A stretch of 63,510 nt of DNA, filler included, from Nemertoderma westbladi (Eukaryota; Animalia; Xenacoelomorpha), in assembly GCA_032718475.1 (NCBI GenBank). It is 4 parts of 4 records of this genome, joined end to end, with 100 filler letters (N's around TTAATTAATTAA, not from the genome) between each part and the next. Parts side by side here need not be neighbours in the genome. Positions count along the whole stretch, not along the records: positions 1 to 31,670 come from JAUCBJ010007708.1; 3 more parts are not named here. One strand, 5' to 3'. The notes beneath the pieces were generated by a model, which did not search any database, was not told the origin of the DNA, and saw only the letters and a program-made list of their open reading frames with translations. Positions 14,613 through 27,209 of this stretch are shown piece by piece; the first letter of the stretch is position 1; each line of letters begins with the position of its first letter. Both the position numbers and the translations under genes were made by a program.

Positions 14613-14962
14613 AAAAAAATAATAAAAAAAAACTTTTTGGTCTCCAGAAATTTTATAATTTAGAAATAGTTATTGTTAAAATATAAAAAAACAAGGTTTT
14701 TTTTAAAAAAACAAGGTTATTTTATAAAAACAAGCTGTTTTTAGTGATCTAACCAGTACTGCTTACTTTCGGGCCATTCTGGCAATTTTCAGTGTATGTG
14801 CATTTACTAGTTCTCCATAAATGGCACGAAAGAAAGCAGTATTGGTTAGATCACTAAAAACAGCTTGATTTTTTTTAAAACCTTGTTTTTTATATTTTAA
14901 CAAAAACCATTTCTAAATTAGAAAATTTCTGGAGACCAAAAAGGTATTTTTATTATTTTTTT
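14613..14962. mobile_element. Foldback/MITE-like long inverted repeat
   Basis: Arms of about 150 bp: tttttggtctccagaaatttt...gctgtttttagtgatctaaccagtactgctt versus aagcagtattggttagatcactaaaaacagc...aaaatttctggagaccaaaaa, separated by a short spacer. Confidence 0.8.
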
Positions 14963-15078
14963 GTTCGGTTGTGTGACACATACTAAATTACTTCAATTCA
15001 AAATTACAAACCATTCTGCTGAACAAATTCCTCAGACAAGGAAAGTAAGTTTAATAGTAAAATGTATGGACAAACATA

Positions 15079-15138
15079 AGTAGAGTAGACAGACAGTAGA
15101 GTAGGCAGACAGTAGAGTAGGCAGACAGTAGAGTAGGC
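15079..15138. repeat. Short 16-bp tandem repeat (agtagagtaggcagac, about 4 copies)
   Basis: Direct reading of the sequence. Confidence 0.85.
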
Positions 15139-15364
15139 TCAAGTAAATATCCGCGGATATTAACTTCATTTTTACTGCCGTTGCCATTAAATAATTGGTT
15201 TATTTACATTTTACTCATTGTTTCTTGAGACAATGATCTTAAAACAACTCCGGGTCAATTAGTAGGAAAATGTAAACCAAATTGCTTAAAGTCAGAAGAT
15301 AATAAAACCATACAAGATTATATCTAATGGAGCCCTTGAGGAGATTTACTTTGATAGAATTGGT

Positions 15365-16033
15365 TTATTCGTTAGTATCTCTCGCCCTCACCCGGGGCCT
15401 TTTAATGAAGCAATTCCAAAATTCCAAGTGGGTTATATCATTATTTTTGCTTCGTCGGACAGACAACAGAGGTGCCAGAGGCATCAAACTTCGCTCAGAA
15501 TTTGCATAGGGCCCAGATTCAGCATTGTTCGATCTCTCAGTAAGTATATGGGAGTGACTGTCAGCTATTACCTGACTTCTGACACGAGAACTACACGGGC
15601 CGGCCTTTACAACATGTTTGTCTCTACAGCCTAAGGGCCCAGTTTTAAGATTGTTCATCAAAATGGAAAGTAGGGCTCCTGGGTCGCTCCCATTCACTCT
15701 CATTGTAACCCGGGTCATTAGATCTCCCATCACCTGCCTCTTCACAAACAATGGCTCCCGCCTGCGCCCCTCACATGCCAACCCTCTGGCTCTGTTTTCT
15801 CGCCAATTTTGCCTTCCAATTGTCAGGTATATTTGCTTACCTGACTCCGGTGATGGGTACCAATAATCATTGTTGATTGGGATGTTAGGGAATGAGAAAT
15901 GAATTAGAGTTACGATGTAATTGTTATCCGATAAAATATCGACCATTGTATGTCGTTTTCCATTCCGGGTTAACTTAGCCATCACTTCAGGACATCGCGG
16001 TTTTAATATGTCGATACTTAGTAAACTATCCAA
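15365..16033 (-). pseudogene. Possible decayed LINE ORF1 (SGNH-esterase-like) or spurious ORF
   Basis: QVIADSHSH and KNNDIT loosely resemble the GDS and GxND blocks of SGNH hydrolases found in CR1-group ORF1. The match is weak. Confidence 0.25.
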
Positions 16034-19000
16034 GTAATATTGAGCGAATATTGATATGCGGAAGTGGGTGGTATTTATTAATAATATTGTAAGGTAATTA
16101 TTGTCACTATAGATAAATAGATTTATTTATACAATATCTAAAAAACATTAACAATAAACCAAACAATGCGTATAAAGGTTAACCTCTCCAATTAGGTCAT
16201 TGTTACTTGTTTACAAATAGCTTTGTTTATTTTTGTAAATCTCCGCTCGGTTCTCGGTACATAAATACACTCAGGGTCATAACACTGTAACGTGCTTATT
16301 GTTACATTAACTTAACTTATCCGCGCTATGGTTAAATTCTCACACCGCACTATACTAAACAGTAATCACTCCCTCGGAAACAAAAACTTCTGGAACACTT
16401 CTTGAGTATTCTCTAGTGTGAGTGAGTGTGGATGATTATAGCAATTGGAGAGGGTGGCGAAAATTGACCGCGCAAGTACTCTAATGCGCGCCCGGCGGAC
16501 ACTAGAGATGTAAGATGCATATAATTTATTTAAATATATAATGATATGTTTTACATTATTTATTTATTATAATGTAGTATTAATTGTAGTATCAAAAAAC
16601 GCGCCAGACTCTCCGCTTTCAATTCATATAAGCCACGTGTGAAATGATTTGAGATTTAATGTGTATTTGAATGAATCTAAAATCACCCTCCATAGAAACC
16701 AATATAAGAAATTATCAGATCAGTTTGTAGTGACGTCAAATCTGCAGCATCCAATCACATCCGATTTCCAAAATTAGCTTCCCGCGCTTACATAAGCCGC
16801 CATTTAGACCGTTTCCACGTGTTTCGACAAAAAACACACCCGCCACTAGATTCAGGGCACCTTCTTACCCCTTATTCGATTGTTTCTAGCCCAACAATTT
16901 TTTCGCGCACCAACACTATTCGACATCGCATAACCTCGTTAATTTCACATAGCTAATAAACGAACGCTATTGTACAGTATATATAACCAGCTCCACCCTA
17001 CCACTCACCACACAACAGCACCATTATTATATTTATTACTTTTATAATATTCTACAAACTAAAAGTCAAGTAGCCCGCCCCCCTACACTACCAACGGACT
17101 CTCCACACCATAACAGCAGGCAGACAACCCTATCCCGGTAGTCGTGTGCCAACGCAGCCGCTATAACGATTTAGCCCACAATTAATAATACTCGGCCCCA
17201 ACCCACATTGATTCCCCTTTGCATCGCAAACAGACCATCTCTTTATCCCCTATGAGTACGTATTCAACCCGCAGCTCTACACCATAGACTGACAGATAAT
17301 CAATGCGTTTTATTATTAAATATTTTTGTGAGGTTTACCGTGGATTCGGTGGTCAATCTTTATTCTAGGGAGTCGGTTGGTTTCGGCGGTAGGCCCCCCA
17401 CACAATAGCCACTGTTCCCGACCACAGATGCTCGCATGGCTATTATTTATCTTTGAATGAAATACAGTCAGAATGTTTTGGTGTGCTGCGATGCACAGAA
17501 AGGGTCATTGATTAACTCAACAAAGCTAAATCGATCCTATGCGAAACGGCACTAAACTAGCCATTCCCGGTGAAATTACAAGTTTATTCATTTTGTTGTT
17601 CCCTATTGTTAATCTTTTAGAGTTGGTTCGTATGATTAATCTTTTCATTTAAATTGGTATTTTTTCCACATCAATAATTGCAAATGGCTGTTCGGTAAAT
17701 GAGTGGTGACAGGGTGCGCCTGCGCATGTGATTCATATGGGTGCGAAGGATTGTATAACGAAACATCGCTAGCAATCATGATAGCTGCCTAGTCCCATAT
17801 TTCTATGTAAATTTTAGATTCAAACAGCATAATATTAATAATTACAGTTTTGTTTAATTAATATTAAGCAAGTAAGTGAAGATCCTTATTTGTAGTTGCA
17901 GCAGTTCCACCAACTAGAAAAGCAGCCAAATTGCCAATTGTGGTGTCATTTCATCCTATTTTAACATATTAACTTAATTTCGCGAATATTTAATTTCGAT
18001 ATTCACCATTTAAGGTGCCTTTTAAATGAAAATAGCAGGTTATAAAGACAGGCTTTTCTAACCAAAACAATAAAGTAAGTTTAGGAACACATTTTACAGT
18101 AAAAGTTTTACTTCTAGGCACTAACTTTTCAATATTAATTTAACATTAGCCCTATGAGAAGGCTGAAACGACACCCCAATTGGCTATTTGCGACCCGGAC
18201 AAGTGCATGCAATCAGAAATCAGTGGACGCGGACGGAAGGGCACTGCATAGGAGACTGTTGTACATACCAACCCGACAACAGCTACGGTTTTTACTTAAC
18301 TTGCTTGATATAAATTATTATTTAATAAAACTGTAATTATTAATAAATTGTAAATGCTTTTTAATGGCTAATAGCCCGGGTACAAAATAATCATCAACAT
18401 TTTTATTGGATTTTCAGAACCCAGTGGGTACAGAATTGTATAATCTTTACCGTTGCACATTGAATAATAGCTGACAATATAGGAGCATCTTTAATTAATG
18501 TTATTATGAATATATCCATTGTCCATGAGTTCTAGGTAGATTAAGGTTAATATGTGCAGCGGTAGAAACTTCCAACAACCCCAACAATAGGAGAGAATAC
18601 TCTGGAATAATAAGCATTTTGTGTAGATGGTCCAGTGGAATGAATGATTTAGTTATGAGTTCACTATTCCCAACGTATATGTGTTGTGAGTAGAGATATG
18701 TTTGTTACAACGTCGGAGAGATAATAAGCACCGTTGTCTCTAATACATATATTATCGTAGGCCTAATGATTTTATAATATTGTATAAATTGTTGTATAAA
18801 TAAGCAGTGTCCAGTGTATATATTGTTGCGAGAATTGTTTATTATAAACAAGTTCATGTTGTACAGTTTATTATACAGAATTCTATAGCCGGCCATACCT
18901 ACACTTTCCTAAATGTAGTCTTTGAGAGACCAAACAGAATGCCACGCAGATGGGAGATGAAGAGGTAAAAAACGCCTCCTTCACATTAATTTCGTTCCAT

Positions 19001-19551
19001 AACAAATTTGGAAAGACTTCATTTGATCTTAAACGAACGTAACCGCTGGAGTAAAAATGGTAACTGTCTGTTTGGAATTCACGCTATATGAAAAATAACC
19101 TATAAAATAAATATTTATTTCAGGAAAATGAAAATTCGCCATGCTTCGTATCTTTAATTTCAAATATGTGTGAAATTCGCTATAATACATAATCAAATAC
19201 TGGCCTATATCATATATTGGGGCGAAATACGGTGCTAAGTATTCCTGCAGTAGCAGTATGGTTTGCACTGTATTATAGTGACAGGCATTTTTTTTTAATA
19301 TTAATTTTTTTTCTCAATGTATTTGTATTTTTTTCTCAATGTTTTTCTCAATGTCAAAAAAAAAATAAAGTGAGAAAAAAAACGTTGACTATTATACAAA
19401 ATGTATGCCATATATTACTGGTACCTCGGCCAACGTGCAGTTGAGTTTAAATTCCATTTAAACACTCTGATAGTCAGTGATTTGTTTCAGTAATAACACA
19501 CCGATTGAGGGGTAGACATGATTCATTGGGCAGCAGTCTACTGCTACAGGT

Positions 19552-20692
19552 AAGCTGTTACAGGTAGCAGCTACCGGCAGGTTGTTACAGGGAGAAGCTA
19601 CCGTTAGGTTGTTACAGGTAGAAGCTACCGTTAGGTTGTTACAAGTAGCAGCTACCGGTAGGTTGTTACAGGTAGAAGCTACCGTTAGGTTGTTACAGGG
19701 AGAAGCTACCGTTAGGTTGTTACAAGTAGAAGCTACCGGTAGGTTGTTACAAGTAGCAGCTACCGGTAGGTTGTTACAGGGAGAAGCTACCGTTAGGTTG
19801 TTACAGGTAGAAGCTACCGGTAGGTTGTTACAGGTAGCAGCTACCGGTAGGTTGTTACAGGTAGAAGCTACCGTTAGGTTGTTACAAGTAGAAGCTACCG
19901 GTAGGTTGTTACAAGTAGCAGCTACCGGTAGGTTGTTACAAGTAGAAGCTACCGGTAGGTTGTTACAAGTAGCAGCTACCGGTAGGTTGTTACAGGGAGA
20001 AGCTACCGTTAGGTTGTTACAGGTAGCAGCTACCGGTAGGTTGTTACACGTAGCAGCTACCGTTAGGTTGTTACAGGTAGCAGCTACCGTTAGGTTGTTA
20101 CAGGTAGAAGCTACCGTTAGGTTGTTACAGGTAGAAGCTACCGTTAGGTTGTTACAGGGAGAAGCTACCGTTAGGTTGTTACAAGTAGAAGCTACCGGTA
20201 GGTTGTTACAAGTAGCAGCTACCGGTAGGTTGTTACAGGGAGAAGCTACCGTTAGGTTGTTACAAGTAGCAGCTACCGGTAGGTTGTTCTTGTTACAGGT
20301 AGAAGCTACCGTTAGGTTGTTACAGGTAGAAGCTACCGTTAGGTTGTTACAGGTAGAAGCTACCGTTAGGTTGTTACAGGGAGAAGCTACCGTTAGGTTG
20401 TTACAAGTAGCAGCTACCGGTAGGTTGTTACAGGGAGAAGCTACCGTTAGGTTGTTACAAGTAGCAGCTACCGGTAGGTTGTTCTTGTTACAGGGAGAAG
20501 CTACCGTTAGGTTGTTACAGGTAGAAGCTACCGTTAGGTTGTTACAGGTAGAAGCTACCGTTAGGTTGTTACAAGTAGCAGCTACCGGTAGGTTGTTCTT
20601 GTTACAGGGAGAAGCTACCGTTAGGTTGTTACAGGTAGAAGCTACCGTTAGGTTGTTACAGGTAGAAGCTACCGTTAGGTTGTTACAGGTAG
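19552..20692. repeat. 27-bp minisatellite, about 42 copies
   Basis: Unit aggttgttacaggtagaagctaccgtt with variants. It generates the repetitive ORF 19582-20820. Confidence 0.97.
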
Positions 20693-21649
20693 GGCCTCAA
20701 AGACGGTCCAACAGATGCAAAGGTGTAATGAAAGAAAACGCCCATATAAATACTAAACTTGAGGACACATTCGTTTTAAATGAAATACCCGTTACATATT
20801 TCGCTCATTCGCTCAGCTGACTATAAAGATTTACTCTAAACCAGATGGCTATAAATCAGCAGTGGTTTTTAGATCATTGTCAAAGCTTTTTAGCTCACCG
20901 ATAATGAAATCACTGTTGGCGTTTTGTTCTTTATTAAGTTTCATGCCCAAGGTACTCTTGTATCGCAGTGATAATAACCCCAGTCAAACTTTCTAAGCCG
21001 AGGTTAATCGAATTTTATCGCCTTTTTGAACGCGAAATTGTGTTGCCGGATTGAACGAGTAGTGTTGCGTTGTGTTTGTCTTTTATTCCACTTTAGCGAT
21101 TCGATTAACGCAAAGTAGATTAGCCCAAGTGAATGGAAATACATTAGGTGGGTTAAGCCAAGCTTTGATTACTAACTGTATCCAAAATCTGCTCCCCATA
21201 ACTAACAAAGCAATAAAAAGCAAGGGACATCTGAATTCCATTGATGAGTGCAGTTCTAAGTTGCTTTCTGAAAAATCATTGTGTATTGTTTCTTGTTTGA
21301 TATGTAATTTATTGTATATTTCTTAACATTCACGGATATTTAAACGCCAAACGTGCACAACGTGGTATATCCAACAAAATGTACCCTGCGTTACATCTTA
21401 GAAAAGTCTCATCTTTTTAAGGAGGAACTCAATTGGTCTGATTTCCAGTTCCTGACAGATAGCAAAAATCGTCACACATGACCTACAGATCCATCTAGAA
21501 AAGTAACGTGATATATTATTATAATTATATCGACAAACTGCTGGTCTCAATCAACATTCAGGGTCATGAGTTTGATTTTCTTGCTAAACTAAAAGTCCAA
21601 CATTAGAGGCAAATTTATTTAACCTGTGTCACATCTTTTATTGTCCATA

Positions 21650-22200
21650 AACGTCTTCCGTCAAGGTCGTCGACGTCAATGTCATGATCAAAGTCGGCAA
21701 AATATTTCGCTTTTGAACCTGGTTGACGCTCCACCAACACATCCGAATAATGGATGCCTAAAGACGTCCGAAGAATGTAGTCTCTAACGATATTAAAGTT
21801 AAATTGATTAGTGTTTCCTAACTAAGAACCACCGATCGCCCCAAAGAACTTCAAATGAGACTGTGTCTCCCACATAATTTGATACGAATTTCATGGATTT
21901 GTCATGAACTGAACCGATCGCAACAAAGATTTCATTTGAAATCCCATTGGCTTGAAGTATTTCGACCATGTGTGGCCTTGTCATATTGTCAAATTCCTTG
22001 AACCTGAACTTCTTGGTTTTCATCAATAAGAAAGGTGGCTCCACCGGGCGGAAACCATTCAGGTTGCAATACAGAGTCACTCTAAAGGTGTGTGCAGTCA
22101 TTGAGGCTAGGCTAATTCCACGATATGACCCATACAGGCGAGGTTGTTTTCCTTGGTTTAGTAAACTCAACCATGCAGTTAATCCCACATTGGCGCCATG
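21650..22200 (-). mobile_element. Highly degraded RTE-like LINE RT fragment
   Basis: LYGSYRGISLAS...NLNGFR...MVEILQANGISNEIFVAIGSV...GDTVSFEVLWG parallels the better preserved element at 60189-61918 (LYGSFRGISLIS, NQNGFR, GDTEPFEVLWG). Confidence 0.75.
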
Positions 22201-22833
22201 GCGGCGGCGGTATAATAAATGTAAACCAAATAAAGATATAATACACACTAAACCACAAGAAACCCTTTGTTGAAGTAGACCGCACACAACTAAAGCAACT
22301 AGTCCAACTAGACAGGCAGCTAACTAGACTTATTGACATTACTGAGTGTGGGTAGACCATATTAAATGCTGTTATGACAAAGGATAGGAAAACATTATTA
22401 TTCTGGGGTTACTAAAATACCATTCAAAACGAATGATTATGAAAGCAGAATTCTAGTCCATTATCCGAAAATCTATTTGGTTTAAACCTCTTCAGACATA
22501 GGATTAGGATTACTTGTTGGCCCTATATCGCATATATTCATTATGAGTTATACGGGATAAAGCTTGTATTCTGATACAGTAACCTTCCTTAGCTTGCATT
22601 CTATCATACAGTAAACATTTAATCTTGTGATAGTGATCCGCTTTCACCCCTACTCTACTGGCATTCACGTCTACTGGCATTGTTCGATAATATTGAAATG
22701 TATTTGAAATGTGTTGCAATCTTGTACGACTCCCTCGACCTAGAAGTAGTAGTTATTGCAAAGACCCATGGTATTTGTCTGAGTATAACCAATGAAACTG
22801 TGAATGGTAACCCCCCCCCCCCCCCCCCCCCCC

Positions 22834-24848
22834 GATCACTTTCACCCCAGTCACTTCCCCTCCCGTCACTTCCCCTCCGGCCACTTCCCCTCCGGTCACT
22901 CTCCCTCCGGCCGCTTCCCCTCCGATCACTTCCCCTCCGGCCACTTCCCCTCCGGTCACTTCCCCTCCCGTCACTTCCCCTCCGGTCACTTCCCCTCCGG
23001 CCACTTCCCCTCCGGTCACTTCCCCCCAGTCACTTCCCCTCTGGTCACTTCCCCTCCCGTCACTTTCCCTCCAGTCACTTCCCCTCCAGTCACTTCCCCT
23101 CTGGTCACTTCCCCTCCCGTCACTTCCCCTCCCGTCACTTCCCCTCCGGCCACTTCCCCTCCGGTCACTTCCCCCCAGTCACTTCCACTCCGGTCACTTC
23201 CCCTCCCGTCACTTCCCCTCCCGTCACTTTCCCTCCGGTCACTTCCCCTCCGGCCACTTCCCCTCCGGTCACTTCCCCCCAGTCACTTCCCCTCCGGTCA
23301 CTTCCCCTCCGGTCACTTCCCCTCCCGTCACTTTCCCTACGGTCACTTCCCCTCCCATCACTTTCCCTCCCGTCACTTCCCCTCCCGTCACTTCCCCTCC
23401 GACCACTTCCCCTCCGGTCACTTCCCCTCCTGTCACTTTCCCTCCGGTCAATTCCCCTCCGGTCACTTCCCCTCCCGTCACTTTCCCTCCGGTCACTTCC
23501 CCTCCCGTCACTTCCCCTCCGGCCACTTCCCCTCCGGTCACTTCCCCCCAGTCACTTCCCCTCCGGTCACTTCCCCTCCCGTCACTTCCCCTCTGGTCAC
23601 TTCCCATCCAGTCACTTCCCCTCCGGTCACTTCCCCTCCGGTCACTTCCCCTCCAGTCAAATTCCCTCCGGCCACTTCCCCTCTGGTCACTTCCCCTCCG
23701 GTCACTTCCCCTCCGGTCACTTCCCCTCCGGTCACTTCCCCTCCCGTCACTTCCCCTCCCATCACTTCCCCTCCAGCCACTTCCCCTCCAGTCACTTCCC
23801 CTAAGGTCACTTTCCCTCCCTTCACTTCCCCTTCAGCCACTTCCCCTCTGGTCACTTCCCCTCCGGTCACTTCCCCTCCCGTCACTTCCCCTCCGGCCAC
23901 TTCCCCTCCGGTCACTTCCCCTCCCGTCACTTTTCCTCCGGTCACTTCCCCTCCCGTCACTTCCCCTCCGGCCACTTCCCCTCCGGTCACTTCCCCCCAG
24001 TCACTTCCCCTCCGGTCACTTCCCCTCCCGTCACTTCCCCTCTGGTCACTTCCCATCCAGTCACTTCCCCTCCGGTCACTTCCCCTCCGGTCACTTCCCC
24101 TCCAGTCAAATCCCCTCCGGCCACTTCCCCTCTGGTCACTTCCCCTCCGGTCACTTCCCCTCCGGTCACTTCCCCTCCGGTCACTTCCCCTCCCGTCACT
24201 TCCCCTCCCATCACTTCCCCTCCAGCCACTTCCCCTCCAGTCACTTCCCCTAAGGTCACTTTCCCTCCCTTCACTTCCCCTTCAGCCACTTCCCCTCTGG
24301 TCACTTCCCCTAAGGTCACTTTCCCTCCGGTCACTTCCCCTCCCGTCACTTCCCCTCTGGTCACTTCCCATCCAGTCACTTCCCCTCCATTCACTTCCCC
24401 TTCGGTCACTTCCCCTCCGGTCACTTCCCCTCCGGTCACTTCCCCTCCGGTCACTTCCCCTCCGGTCACTTCCCCTCCGGTCACTTCACCTCCATTCACT
24501 TCCCCTCCGGTCACTTCCCCTCTGGTCACTTCTCCTCCGGTCACTTCCCCTCCAGTCACTTCCCCTCCGGTCACTTCCCCTACGGTCACTTCCCCTCCGG
24601 TCACATCCCCTCCGGTCACTTCCCCTCCGGTCACTTCCCCTCCAGTCAAATCCCCTCCGGCCACTTCCCCTCTGGTCACTTCCCCTCCGGTCACTTCCCC
24701 TCCGGTCACTTCCCCTCCAGTCACTTCCCCTCCGGCCACTTCCCCTCCGGTCACTTCCCCTCTGGTCACTTCCCCTCTGGTCACTTCCCCTCTGGTCACT
24801 TCCCCTCCGGTCACTTCCCCTCTGGTCACTTCCCCTCCGGTCACTTCC
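22834..24848. repeat. 15-bp C-rich minisatellite (gtcacttcccctccg, about 130 copies), preceded by a poly-C run
   Basis: Direct reading. Strong purine/pyrimidine strand asymmetry; open in several frames only because the unit lacks stop codons. Confidence 0.97.
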
Positions 24849-25235
24849 ACCCAATCATGAGGAAGTGACAGTCGCGCCTGCAACTATAGCATAGACGTAG
24901 GGTACTAACTAGCAACTGTAGGGCAAATCTTCAGTTTGCCAGACTTTCTTATGTTATATTTCTGCAGTGTTCCCCGCTATGTGAAGAATACGAGGCTTTC
25001 ACTAAATCTCAAGGTTACATTAGGTGACGAATATAACCAAAACAATAAACTATTTAGTATACACGCACCTATATTATTATTGAGGCTGTATCCTGTATAT
25101 CATAAATAAGGGCTTTTACAAAATAACTTAAAATGTCCGTTTAATTAAAATATCTGTGAACTGTGTTTTTGAACCCCAGCCCAACGCACTTTGTTCCTGG
25201 GTCTAAGAAATTAAACCCCCGGAGAACTTTCTATG

Positions 25236-26916
25236 TGTTTACATTGGATCTTTCGCGAAGTGTTACATTCTTACATTGGATCTTTCGCGAAGTGTTACAT
25301 TCTTACATTGGATCTTTAGAAATGTTACATTGGATCTTTAGAAATGTTACATTGGATCTTTCGAAGTATTACAATGGATCTTTCGAAGTGTTACATTCTT
25401 ACATTGGATATTTCGAAGTGTTACATTGGTTCTTTCGAAGTGGTTACATTGGATCTTGCAAAGTGGTTACATTGGATCTTTATAAATGTTACATTGGATC
25501 TTTAGAAATGTTACATTGGATCTTTCGAAGTGTTACATTCTTATATTGGATCTTTCGAAGTGTTACATTGGATCTTTCGAAGTGTTACATTCTTATATTG
25601 GATCTTTCGAAGTGTTACATTGGATCTTTCGAAGTGCTACATTGGATCTTTCGAAGTGTTGCATTGGATCTTTCGAAGTGTTACATTCTTATATTGGATA
25701 TCTCGAAGTGCTACATTGGATCTTTCGAAGTGTTGCATTGGATCTTTCGAAGTGGTTACATTGGGTCTAGCGAAGTAGTTACATTGGATCTTTAGAAGTG
25801 TTTCATTGGATCTTTCTAAGTGTTTCATTGGATCTTTCTAAGTGTTACAATGGATCTTTCGAAGTGTTACATTCTTACATTGGATCTTTCGAAGTGTTAT
25901 ATTGGTTCTTTCGAAGTGTTACATTCTTACATTGGTTCTTTCGAAGTGTTACATTCTTACATTGGATCTTTCGAAGTATTACAATGGATCTTTCGAAGTG
26001 TTACATTCTTACATTGGATCTTTCGAAGTGTTATATTGGTTCTTTCGAAGTGTTACATTCTTACATTGGATCTTTCGAAATGTTACATTGGATCTTTCGA
26101 AGTGGTTACATTGGATCTTTCGAAGTGTTATATTGGTTCTTTCGAAGTGTTACATTCTTACATTGGATTTTTCGAAGTGGTTACATTGGATATTGCGAAG
26201 TGGTTACATTGGATCTTTAGAAGTGTTTCATTGAATCTTTCTAAGTGTTACAATGGATCTTTCGAAGTGTTACATTCTTACATTGGATCTTTCGAAGTGT
26301 TATATTGGTTCTTTCGAAGTGTTACATTCTTACATTGGATCTTTCGAAGTGTTACATTCTTACATTGGATCTTTCGAAGTGGTTACATTGAATCTTTAGA
26401 AGTGTTTCATTGAATCTTTCTAAGTGTTACAATGGATCTTTCGAAGTGTTACATTCTTACATTGGATCTTTCGAAGTGTTATATTGGTTCTTTCGAAGTG
26501 TTACATTCTTACATTGGATCTTTCGAAGTGTTACATTCTTACATTGGATCTTTCGAAGTGGTTACATTGAACCTTTAGAAGTGTTACATTGGATCTTTCG
26601 AAGTATTACAATGGATCTTACGAAGTGTTACATTCTTACATTGGATCTTTCGAAGTGTTATATTGGTTCTTTCGAAGTGTTACATTCTTACATTGGATCT
26701 TTCGAAGTGTTACATTCTTACATTGGATCTTTCGAAGTGGTTACATTGAACCTTTAGAAGTGTTACATTGGATCTTTCGAAGTGTTACAATGGATCTTAC
26801 GAAGTGTTACATTCTTACATTGGATCTTTCGAAGTGTTACATTGGATCTTTCGAAGTGGTTACATTGGATCTTGCGAAGTAGTTACATTGGATCTTGCGA
26901 AGTGGTTACATTGGAT
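25236..26916. repeat. Compound 22/30-bp minisatellite
   Basis: Unit gttacattggatctttcgaagt interspersed with a variant carrying an 8-bp internal duplication (gttacattcttacattggatctttcgaagt). Confidence 0.95.
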
Positions 26917-27209
26917 TATTTTAAGAGTTATTTAAATATTTTGAAGCGTTTAATTTAGATCTTTTGAAGTCTTATTTTACATTGGATCTCTTGAAAGTGT
27001 TTACATAAGCATTCAAATTTGAAGTATGAGCATATAAAAGAAGAGGAAAAGTAAGAAAAGGAAGATGTAAAAGGAAGAGGTGCCTAATATTGTATATCTA
27101 CCATTACCTTATAAACATTGGCTGTTGTTGATAGGTTTTCAATGATATAAGTTTTCAAGCAAAATTTAGCATAACTATGTGCGATGCATTATTGAAAGTT
27201 AAAAGCTCA

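Noticed and set aside
22680-24894. Mucin/extensin-like proteins (VTSPP, HFPSG, SLPLR repeats)
   Set aside because: Several frames on both strands are open and single-base indels switch frames freely, so this is an artefact of a stop-free 15-bp unit.
25163-26882. Multiple overlapping repetitive ORFs
   Set aside because: These are translations of the 22/30-bp satellite with constant frame switching.
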